The translations under genes and the position numbers were made by a program. The notes under the pieces were generated by a model. It worked only from the letters and a program-made list of their open reading frames with translations. It searched no databases and was not told the origin of the DNA. Positions 17,691-25,971 of a stretch of DNA of 64,000 nucleotides are shown here, one piece after another; positions within the stretch are counted from its first letter, which is position 1, and every line of letters starts with the position of its first letter. This stretch comes from a virus, in IMG/VR virus record IMGVR_UViG_3300022777_000088; one strand, written 5' to 3'.

Positions 17691-17959
17691 TCCTCAATGT
17701 ATACATTCCGAAAACGGTAGGTGACTTCCTCAATGTCTTCGCTCTCGCTTCCATTTGCCCGCGAGTTCGCCATGCGTTCGGCTTCACGTCTCGCATTTTC
17801 CTTTCTGCGAAAACCCGACAGTGACTGCTCAGTTTTTTTCGTCCCGTCTTTGTATTTCACAACCAAGTCATAGCTGTGAACAACAGGGACTTGATCTTCC
17901 GGCGCAAGAGCCCCGCTGAACTTGAAGTGTCCTTCCAGAAAGTGTGGCGTCCAACTCAT
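17681..17959 (-). CDS. hypothetical protein
   Basis: Coupled to the CCA enzyme gene. Confidence 0.6.
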   Translation of the reverse strand: MSWTPHFLEGHFKFSGALAPEDQVPVVHSYDLVVKYKDGTKKTEQSLSGFRRKENARREAERMANSRANGSESEDIEEVTYRFRNVYIEDWA

Positions 17960-19122
17960 CGGTTTTGGGATCTTTGAATGAGAGTGTCGCGGTCGGTGAT
18001 TGCCTCTTCAAGCTGAATGTCGTGCGCCTTTTGGACGAGATCGCCAATCTGCGGACCTTCCTCAAATCCTTCTTCAAGAAAGTCTTGACCCGTCACAATC
18101 GGCTCAAGAGGCACGTCTTCCGGCTTCGCAAAACGGCTTGAAGGAATGCCGATTTGATTTCCGATTCTTTGTGCAGTTTCCAAATGCTCTCTGTATGCCG
18201 CCAAAATTTTTCTCCGAATGGTTTCGCGAACAGGATTCCGAAGAAGAAAAATTGCGGTGCCAACGTTCTTCACTTTCTCAACGAGATCATTGGAAAGCTT
18301 CAGCTTCTGTTGAACTTCTTCAATGTCCATTCCCACGCTTCCGGAAAGTTCATCGATGAAAAGGATCATCCGATCTTTCGGATCACTGACTTTGTGAACG
18401 CGAGTTTCAAGTTTCCAGATTTTTCTCTCGATCAGATCCGAGAGAATGCCAAGATCAGTGATTCCAGTGAGAAACTGAGCAGGCTGGTCGTCCTTCATGG
18501 CTTTCTCAATCTCCATCATGACCCGCTCGACGGAAACGTTCTCGCTTACGCGACCTGAGAGACGACGCATTGCATCCACTTCCTCGTAATCGATGAGAAA
18601 GTCGTAGCGTGCCGCAAAACGAAGAGCCCGAACGATCCGAAGAAAGTCTTCGCGAAAACGGCGGTCAGCACTTCCAACCGTGCGAATGCGCTTGTCTTCA
18701 ATGTCGGAACGCCCACCGTACGGGTCGATAACTTCAAGATCTTCACCAGAAAGCCGTGCGGCCATAGCGTTGATTGTGAAGTCTCGCCGACTGAGATCGT
18801 CTTCAACTGTGTCGGCAAACTCCACGGTCGCATTGCGGCCGTCTGTGGATACGTCACGCCGAAAGGTGGTGACTTCGTATTCCAAATCATTCTTCAAAAG
18901 CGTCACGGTGCCATGGCCAATGCCTGTCTCCACGACGTTCCAGTTGCGCTTCTGCGCCTTTTGCTTGACGGTTTCGGGACGATCGGAAGTGGCGAGGTCA
19001 ATGTCGTCGGAGTCGCGGCCGATGATAGCGTCTCGAACCGCACCGCCAACGACGTGAAGATCCGACAGAAAAGAGAGCTGCCGAAGCGCCCGGTGAATGC
19101 GTTCTTCAGTGCTGTTCATCAT
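17956..19122 (-). CDS. class II tRNA nucleotidyltransferase (CCA-adding / poly(A) polymerase family)
   Basis: VGGAVRD, DIDLAT, EVTTFR, DLSRRDFTINAMA, RFREDFLRIVRALRF. Confidence 0.93.
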   Translation of the reverse strand: MMNSTEERIHRALRQLSFLSDLHVVGGAVRDAIIGRDSDDIDLATSDRPETVKQKAQKRNWNVVETGIGHGTVTLLKNDLEYEVTTFRRDVSTDGRNATVEFADTVEDDLSRRDFTINAMAARLSGEDLEVIDPYGGRSDIEDKRIRTVGSADRRFREDFLRIVRALRFAARYDFLIDYEEVDAMRRLSGRVSENVSVERVMMEIEKAMKDDQPAQFLTGITDLGILSDLIERKIWKLETRVHKVSDPKDRMILFIDELSGSVGMDIEEVQQKLKLSNDLVEKVKNVGTAIFLLRNPVRETIRRKILAAYREHLETAQRIGNQIGIPSSRFAKPEDVPLEPIVTGQDFLEEGFEEGPQIGDLVQKAHDIQLEEAITDRDTLIQRSQNR

Positions 19123-19367
19123 TGCGAAGAGTCTCTGTCAATATAACGCATCGACTTTCACGAGCACGCGTGTTCGGAGTTCCGGAATACAGAACGGTTT
19201 TATCGAGTCTTCATATTTCAATCTCACCTTTTATTTCTTCCAGCACCGAAACGGCACGAAACGAATAATGCGCTCGCCCTTTGACTGAAAAACGATTTCG
19301 TCGTTGCGAGCACGAACTTGCCGTCTTCGAAAACGACTTTCGCCGAAAGTCAAGATAGGTGTGTGAA

Positions 19368-19778
19368 TCATGCGTAAGACTCAGGATCCATTCGTTTGAG
19401 AGACTGAAAAATGTGAAGGGCTAGCCGCATGTACTGATCGGCTTGGTCTTCGGTTGGTTTCTCGGCTCTTCGCGGGCCTCCGCTAATGTTGAGAAGCGTG
19501 TCGCAGCCGCTGCAAGACCCGTATGCAACTCGCACGTAAAAGTAATCGCTCGGCTGATATGAGTTTTCGGCGATCACGTAAACCTGCGTACCTTGGTAGT
19601 GGCCGTCGTCAATAACGTGAATGTGTTCAGGGTCGGGGCCGCCGTGTTCCACTTCTTCGGAAATGAGTTGAATGACATCCGCGACGATTTCGGTATACGA
19701 CGTCGGGTGAACTTCGGCATACTTTTCTTCAAGTTCGGATTTGTTGTTTTCCCAAATGTCAACGAATTCGTCAATCAC
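19368..19778 (-). CDS. hypothetical protein
   Basis: Acidic ORF, YGSCSGCD motif. Confidence 0.65.
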   Translation of the reverse strand: MIDEFVDIWENNKSELEEKYAEVHPTSYTEIVADVIQLISEEVEHGGPDPEHIHVIDDGHYQGTQVYVIAENSYQPSDYFYVRVAYGSCSGCDTLLNISGGPRRAEKPTEDQADQYMRLALHIFQSLKRMDPESYA

Positions 19779-20092
19779 TGTCTTGAACTACCTCTTTTGC
19801 TTTTTGTTTCGACACTCCGTTCTTGTAAAAGTCTCTGTCGAAGTCCAGTCCCATACCGATTTCACGGGAGACGCGATAGGTTCCGTCCGGGTGAACTTCA
19901 ACCTCAACCGACACTGGAAATGTGAAGTATTCCAAAATCACCGACCCTTCCAGCCCGGGGAACACGTCCGACTGTCCGTCATGTGAGACTTCACGGTGAA
20001 ACTGTTTGGCTAGTTTCGCCGCTTTTTCAGATACGGGATCGCCTTCTCCGTAGTGCCAACCTTGATGGAAATCGGTAAGGCTGTCGATTTCT

Positions 20093-20569
20093 TCAAATAT
20101 CGAATCCGACGTTGTTTGACTCATTTGGTTTTTCAATGTTGTAAATTTCATCTGCGAAAGGATCTTCGACGTCTTGGGATTTTGCGGTTTCGAGCACTTG
20201 CCGCAAGCGGGTGCCCTCTCTGTACTCTTCCGGATCTTCAGGAACGCCAAAGTAGTTCACAAGGTTCAAGGCGATGAACGTCTTTTCCTTATCGGACATT
20301 ACCTCGAACCGTACAGTGTGAGCCGCATAGAGAGCGTCCCACCGCTTGTTTTCGCGGCGAAGGTTCAGCCGCCGTGAAAGCCCGTAAAGCGGCGATATGT
20401 CGAAAAACTCAAGCGGCCGATCCGCGTCCCCGCCAAATGATTTTTCAAGCTTGCGCTTGACTTGTTCTTCGGTGAGCTGGTTCATATCGCAAAAATCAGA
20501 ATAAGAAGAATGCTGATCCAGTACATGGCGTCGAACGACTTGGCAAGCGGCGTGCGCTTCTCTACCCAC
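20093..20569 (-). CDS. hypothetical protein (start probably MNQLTEEQ)
   Basis: ORF in minus-strand run. Confidence 0.55.
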   Translation of the reverse strand: MGREAHAACQVVRRHVLDQHSSYSDFCDMNQLTEEQVKRKLEKSFGGDADRPLEFFDISPLYGLSRRLNLRRENKRWDALYAAHTVRFEVMSDKEKTFIALNLVNYFGVPEDPEEYREGTRLRQVLETAKSQDVEDPFADEIYNIEKPNESNNVGFDI

Positions 20570-20927
20570 TCTTCAAAAGTCGGGTCTTCTCTCACCATCG
20601 GATGGTCGTTGGCCATCAACGGAAGAATGGCACGCACAGTAACCCAAGTCGGAAACGCGAATAACTTTCTAAAGCTCATAATCGTGCTCATCTACTTTGA
20701 TCGGATCGTCTCCACGCGCATACGCGATTGCTTTGAGCGCTTCCCGATACCCGCATGTGCAATCGGTTATATCTCTTCCTGGATCAAGGATTGCTTTGCA
20801 TCCCATGTTGTGCCCCGCTTTTGCGTTTTCTACACATGCTTCGTACAGGCCGGGAGCGGCATCGAAAAGTTGGGGAAGATCTTCCACTTGCTTGTGTTGT
20901 TGTTTATTAGTAATTAGTAGTTAGTAG

Positions 20928-21518
20928 TTAGTTTGGGTTGTATTGACGTTTGATTGACCCTTCGGGAACAATGATTTGTGTATACGGCCCATCCAACGAC
21001 TCCACCTTTTCTGGATCTGTCGGAAAATACCAGATATAGTTTGCTTCAGTTTCGTACCACACTCTCACAATTTTCGGCTGAACGGACTTGTCCGCTTCCT
21101 CAACGTATGTATCTGTTGCGGGAAGCCTTCGGTTGATTGCGCCTTTGTCGGTGTCGACGTAATAGTAGTACATCTTTCTTCCGTCAACCGATCCGGTGCC
21201 AAGGAAAAACTCGCCGGAAAGGGTCGTCGAATTCGAGAGTGAAATGATTTCCGTTTCGCCACGATACTTTTGCCAGTCGTCGGGCGTGGTCATAAACTCC
21301 CCGAGTCCAAGGGCGATTATAAATCCAATGACGCCGCCTATGAACCCTCCCATTACCGCAAAGAATGAAGTGGGTTCCCACGGATCGTTATACGAGTAGA
21401 GGAACCCGCCTCCACCTACGATAAGAGCGAAAAGAACAACGAAAAACATTAGAAGAAGAACAAGATTGTGATGATTGCGACAGTTATGTGAGCGCCGATT
21501 TCCTTTCCTGCTTGCCAA
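20928..21518 (-). CDS. membrane-anchored protein with two N-terminal TM segments
   Basis: Hydrophobic N-terminus, soluble C-terminal domain. Confidence 0.65.
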   Translation of the reverse strand: MASRKGNRRSHNCRNHHNLVLLLMFFVVLFALIVGGGGFLYSYNDPWEPTSFFAVMGGFIGGVIGFIIALGLGEFMTTPDDWQKYRGETEIISLSNSTTLSGEFFLGTGSVDGRKMYYYYVDTDKGAINRRLPATDTYVEEADKSVQPKIVRVWYETEANYIWYFPTDPEKVESLDGPYTQIIVPEGSIKRQYNPN

Positions 21519-21730
21519 CGAACTTCAGAGAAGTGTAGAAGTAAAAATCGACGTCGCCAGAGAGGGTTGTCATACGCTTGATGCGCGACTTCGTAGTCGT
21601 ATATCTCTTTCATGTATTCAATTTCATGCCGTTTGGGTTTGGACTTAACCACTTTCTGAACAAACGGCCGTAAAGAATGAAGCAGAGTTGGCCGGACATT
21701 TTCAGTTGGAGGGATGTCAGAGTTTGGCAT
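21449..21730 (-). CDS. HExxY-motif protein (KPKRHEIEYM)
   Basis: Motif after a ~30-aa leader. Confidence 0.6.
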   Translation of the reverse strand: MPNSDIPPTENVRPTLLHSLRPFVQKVVKSKPKRHEIEYMKEIYDYEVAHQAYDNPLWRRRFLLLHFSEVRWQAGKEIGAHITVAIITILFFF

Positions 21731-22179
21731 TACCTTTCGTAAACTCCTACGAGCCCTTGGTCGATAAGTTCCTTGGTTGAGTGGTTTTCAGTCGCTTTTG
21801 GCGGTCCCTTCACGACTTTTTTGCCTCCGAAGTTCGCGGGGCTATATGTCCGCTGTGACGTGTTGGCAAGCCACTTCTCTTCGGTTAGGTCAAAGCGGCT
21901 TTCATTGATTCGAAGTTGCCGTTCTGTGATTGGGTTCATTATTGTGTGGATCTGGACTGAACTTCTCCGAAGATTTCCGCCTCAGTGATGTACAGTTTCT
22001 TGATATTCTCCGGAAGATCTTCCCAGCTTTCGTACATGGAATACTGAGGATCGTTCTCGAAGTTCCGCTTGGCAATCTCTTCGATCTCGGTCATGGGAGC
22101 GTTTATTTTGCGTTTTCTTGAGAAGCGTCACAAGACGCTGTAAGAGGATGAAAAACGTTCCCCGCCCTTTCCCCCTCGG

Positions 22180-22554
22180 TTAGAACAAACCTGCCTTGCT
22201 CCAACGCTTGGCCGCCTCAAGGTCGCTCATTCCGAACTGTTCACGAAGAACATTTCCGATCACCACATTCAACTCGTCCATCACTTGTTTTCCGGCGTCG
22301 TCGTGGATTCCGGTTACAGAAGCGTCATAACCGTTTTCATCAAGCCAATCTTGTAACCACCAGTAGGCAGTTACAGGCATATGCATATCTTCACCGGAAA
22401 AAAACCTGCTCATGCGCCAGATGTACTGAATCAACCCGTTGTCATCAGGCTTGGACTTGCGAAGTCCACGATTCGTGTCGCCGTACGGAGAGAGCCGTTC
22501 AGCAATCTCTGAGTCGGAAGGAACGTCTTGCATGATTTCGTCGAGAAGCGTCAT
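22180..22554 (-). CDS. hypothetical protein (MTLLDEIM)
   Basis: Start inside the 56-bp repeat. Confidence 0.7.
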   Translation of the reverse strand: MTLLDEIMQDVPSDSEIAERLSPYGDTNRGLRKSKPDDNGLIQYIWRMSRFFSGEDMHMPVTAYWWLQDWLDENGYDASVTGIHDDAGKQVMDELNVVIGNVLREQFGMSDLEAAKRWSKAGLF

Positions 22555-22595
22555 TGGTTTCGGCTGGTCGGTTCCGTCTTGTAATGCAATGGCTT
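22540..22595. repeat. 56-bp direct repeat, copy 1 (promoter right half + leader + start codon)
   Basis: Identical to 22921-22976. Confidence 0.95.
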
Positions 22596-22691
22596 GTTGC
22601 CTCTTCAAAGGCAACAACTTACACGCGCACAAGCTGAAGCGGTTCCCGTGAAAATGTGAAAATTAGTTTAACTCAACGCGTTTTTAAGATT

Positions 22692-22853
22692 TTACTCCAC
22701 TTTCATTGTCTGGATTTTTTCAATATATCCTTCTTGTCCGGACTTTTTTTTTACTATGTACTTCTTTTCATGAAAAGTAAAAACGTTTTCTATTTTCTCA
22801 GTGAGAAAATGATCAAGCCTATCGATATTGTATTGAAGCCTAAAGTTGTTCAT
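22692..22853 (-). CDS. AT-rich HExxY-motif protein (VFTFHEKKYIV), 53 aa
   Basis: Translated by hand. Confidence 0.6.
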   Translation of the reverse strand: MNNFRLQYNIDRLDHFLTEKIENVFTFHEKKYIVKKKSGQEGYIEKIQTMKVE

Positions 22854-22920
22854 TCTCAAAAAATTTGGTTTCGGTAAAGCGAAATTCAGTCGTACCGGAG
22901 AAGGTGTCTTCGCTCGAACA

Positions 22921-22976
22921 GTCGAGAAGCGTCATTGGTTTCGGCTGGTCGGTTCCGTCTTGTAATGCAATGGCTT
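22921..22976. repeat. 56-bp direct repeat, copy 2
   Basis: Identical to 22540-22595. Confidence 0.95.
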
Positions 22977-22982
22977 ACACGC
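22962..22982 (-). promoter_or_regulatory. putative early-type promoter GCGTGTAAG-CCAT-TGCATTAC
   Basis: Matches the recurrent motif. Confidence 0.65.
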
Positions 22983-23414
22983 GCCAGGCGCCAATCCGTT
23001 CCCTTCGTTATATGAAGATTGGATAAACAAACCATCCAACCGCTGTGAGAACGATGATACCAACCCACGCCATTGTAAACGCTGCCGCCATGCCCGGAAT
23101 CTTTTTTGCCCACGACTGCCCGAACACAAAGAACGCGAAATCAAATGCTGGCATAAAGGCAGTAGAAAAAATACCAGGCGAAGAGATTCTGAAACCTCTC
23201 CCACAATAAAGAACGGAATGAACACTCCGATCACTGGAATGCACGTCATCAAATGGACGAAGCAAATCCAGTATAGTTCACCACATAAACGCGTGCAGTT
23301 GGCGAAAGTTCCCGGGTTCTGAAAAATTTTACATTGCTGCGGCCCGCTGGCGCCCGTCAGTTTTTGTCGAAAACAAAAAGCAAGGGACTACCATACCTTG
23401 ACGCTGAACTTCGG

Positions 23415-23744
23415 TTAGAGGCCATCTGAGCCGCTCTGAGCCTTGCGTTCAATATAAGAAATCTCGTGAGAAGAAAAAAGACTGCCGTCAAAAAGTTTTG
23501 TGAAGTCTTCGGCACTCGTCCACTTTGACAGATAGTGAACGCGAGTGCCGCCTCGCTCGACATCGGACACCGCTTCGGTGATGTGGTCGGAGTCTTCGAC
23601 GTCGAAACTCGCGATTCGGCGGCAAAGTTGTTCGGCCGCACTTTTGGAGACGGTTCGGCTCGCCTTTTTTACAAACTGCTGAACGGGAGTCTTGGGAAGT
23701 GCTGTCATAAACAACAAAAGGGCGAGAGCCAAAGCGGCCCTCAC
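23415..23744 (-). CDS. hypothetical protein with signal peptide
   Basis: MRAALALALLLFMTA. Confidence 0.6.
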   Translation of the reverse strand: MRAALALALLLFMTALPKTPVQQFVKKASRTVSKSAAEQLCRRIASFDVEDSDHITEAVSDVERGGTRVHYLSKWTSAEDFTKLFDGSLFSSHEISYIERKAQSGSDGL

Positions 23745-23774
23745 CCTTCGTTTTGGTTTGTGTGGGACCTTTTA

Positions 23775-24848
23775 TTAGACGTTGCCAGTGAGCTTGAGAA
23801 AGTAATGAGCGTCACCTGTTCGCTGCCCTCCTGCAAGCATCCAACGGTCTCCGCTGATATTGACAGTTGGGAAGTTTTGGTCTTCGGTGTCAATCGCTGT
23901 GCTTCTTCCAGACACTCGAAGCTCGGGAACGAAGTTGTCGAAGTGCCAAGTGTCTCCTGTACTTCCTCCGCGAGTTGCAAAAACTGGAGAAATGATTGCC
24001 CGGTCCTGAAAGTCTCGGCTTTTAGCGGCAATAAAGTGATCGAAGCGTCCGTTTGTGGTAAGGTCGCGACCTCCCGTTGCTGGAGAAACCAGATCCTGTT
24101 GCCCGCCCCAGCTGTTGAACATGGAACCGAAGTTCGCGTGCCAGATGAACGGGTGATCTTGCCTGCTGATCGTTCCATTGGCCGGTGGAGAAGGGTGCCA
24201 AAAAGCGCCGCCGCGACCTGCGCCGAAGTTGTTTGTTCGGTCAATGCCATAAAAGCCCATCCAAATGTAATCGGCCGTGAGATAGTAGTACCACTTGAAG
24301 TCTTGGTTTGCTCCCTGATCATTATACCGGAACTCATCGGAGTCTCTGGGATAGTCGCCGCCTCCACCTGGAAAATTCAAGAATGTGATTACTCTTTCCG
24401 GCTCCCCATTTACGTCATCATCATTCTTGATGCTATCCATTCCTCCGCGCTGCTTATTTGAAGCGTGCGCCCAGTTTGTGATGTCGCTAGGAGTGTCCTT
24501 GTGGACCTGGTCGATAGCAGAAACGATCATTCCTCCCTGATGGCGCCAGAAGCGAAGAAACCGTCCGGCGGGAGTCGAAAAGTTCAGCGACGGGTCATCG
24601 TCAAGATAAAGGGTCACGTGCTGATCAAACCCACGATTGTTGTTTCCAGCGTTTGTACTTGTAATTGTTGTCGCATACGGCTGAAGCTCGGAAGGCGTCG
24701 TAGATGAAGTCACTTTTGACCACCGAGATCCCGTAGCGTTCGCGATTTCTGTCGTAAAGTCAAGAATGGCCTGGCGAATGTTCGTTCCTTGGGAAACAAA
24801 AAGTCCTCCATTCGGTGGTCCGCCTGCGCCAATGTTTGTAATAGCCAT
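23775..24848 (-). CDS. putative virion protein, paralog of 24889-25926
   Basis: Shared GGxxxxxGT, SRWSxVT, FxQHVTLYLDDDP, YIWM, FIW. Confidence 0.7.
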   Translation of the reverse strand: MAITNIGAGGPPNGGLFVSQGTNIRQAILDFTTEIANATGSRWSKVTSSTTPSELQPYATTITSTNAGNNNRGFDQHVTLYLDDDPSLNFSTPAGRFLRFWRHQGGMIVSAIDQVHKDTPSDITNWAHASNKQRGGMDSIKNDDDVNGEPERVITFLNFPGGGGDYPRDSDEFRYNDQGANQDFKWYYYLTADYIWMGFYGIDRTNNFGAGRGGAFWHPSPPANGTISRQDHPFIWHANFGSMFNSWGGQQDLVSPATGGRDLTTNGRFDHFIAAKSRDFQDRAIISPVFATRGGSTGDTWHFDNFVPELRVSGRSTAIDTEDQNFPTVNISGDRWMLAGGQRTGDAHYFLKLTGNV

Positions 24849-24888
24849 CGGTTATAGTAGTTGTTGTCTTTTGTGTGTGTATAGAGTG

Positions 24889-25926
24889 TTACGCCAACTT
24901 GAGAAGAAAACGAAATCCGGAATCGTGTCCTCCAGCAACGAAGTACTTCGTTCCGTCAAGCGTTGTTGTCGGGAAGTTGTGTGCGGCGTCTGCATCTGGA
25001 AATGCATTCTTTCCAACCATTCGGGCGTCCGGCACAAACTTATCGAAGAACCAAGAAGGATCGTTGTTTCTGCTTTTTTTGGCCCACATCTCAGTGAAGA
25101 TGTGCCTGTCTTGGTAGTCCTGTGCTCCCGCAATCATAAAGGGTTCAAAGATCCCTCCTGTTTCTCGACCAAAAGTATCAGAAGCCGGTCGATAAAGAGT
25201 TCGGTTTGGACTGTATACGCTTCCTCCGCGAAAGTACCAAATGAATGGTTCGTGATCTCGTTTTACAGAACCGTTTGTCGGCTCTGAAGGGTGATAAATA
25301 TATGCTCCGTTGGACGCGAAGTTGTCCGTTCGCTCAATGTGATACGTGTTCATCCAAATGTACTCGTCGTTGAGCACATAGAAGAACTTGAGGTCCTGGT
25401 CGAGATTGTTCCCTTCATCTACGTCATTTCGTATGCTACTTGAGTCGTTGTAGTTGCTGATAAACTGGCCTTCCGCCCGCCAACTAGAATCGTTTTGCTC
25501 GTTGTTTACGCTGAACGGATTACTGTGGCAAAAAATCCACTTGTTGCTTTCAATCCGCGAGTTTGTAATGCGAGCTGTATCAAGAACCGCTACCTGAATT
25601 CCAACCCCTGTTTGATAGAAGCGCATAAGTCGAGCTCCAGGACTAGATCGGTTCAGTCCCGGATCGTCGTCGAGGTAAAGCGTGACGTGTTGATTGAATC
25701 CAGTGGATCCGTCAGAACTGTTTGACGCGTTTACCGTTGAAGCAAACTGTTGAAGATGTGATGGAGTTGGGCTAGATGCCGTTACTTCCGACCACCGAGA
25801 CTCTGAGTCTCCGATAATCGCGTCTCGAATGTCAAGCATCACCTCTTTGAGAGTCGTTCCTTCTGTTATCAAAACACCACCCTTTGGAATGCCTTGGCCT
25901 ACGTCGATGTTTGTGGAATATGCCAT
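24889..25926 (-). CDS. putative virion protein, paralog of 23775-24848
   Basis: Same shared motifs as 23775-24848. Confidence 0.7.
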   Translation of the reverse strand: MAYSTNIDVGQGIPKGGVLITEGTTLKEVMLDIRDAIIGDSESRWSEVTASSPTPSHLQQFASTVNASNSSDGSTGFNQHVTLYLDDDPGLNRSSPGARLMRFYQTGVGIQVAVLDTARITNSRIESNKWIFCHSNPFSVNNEQNDSSWRAEGQFISNYNDSSSIRNDVDEGNNLDQDLKFFYVLNDEYIWMNTYHIERTDNFASNGAYIYHPSEPTNGSVKRDHEPFIWYFRGGSVYSPNRTLYRPASDTFGRETGGIFEPFMIAGAQDYQDRHIFTEMWAKKSRNNDPSWFFDKFVPDARMVGKNAFPDADAAHNFPTTTLDGTKYFVAGGHDSGFRFLLKLA

Positions 25927-25971
25927 TTGTTGTATGTTTGGTTTTTTGCCTGTGTTTATATATACATCTAT

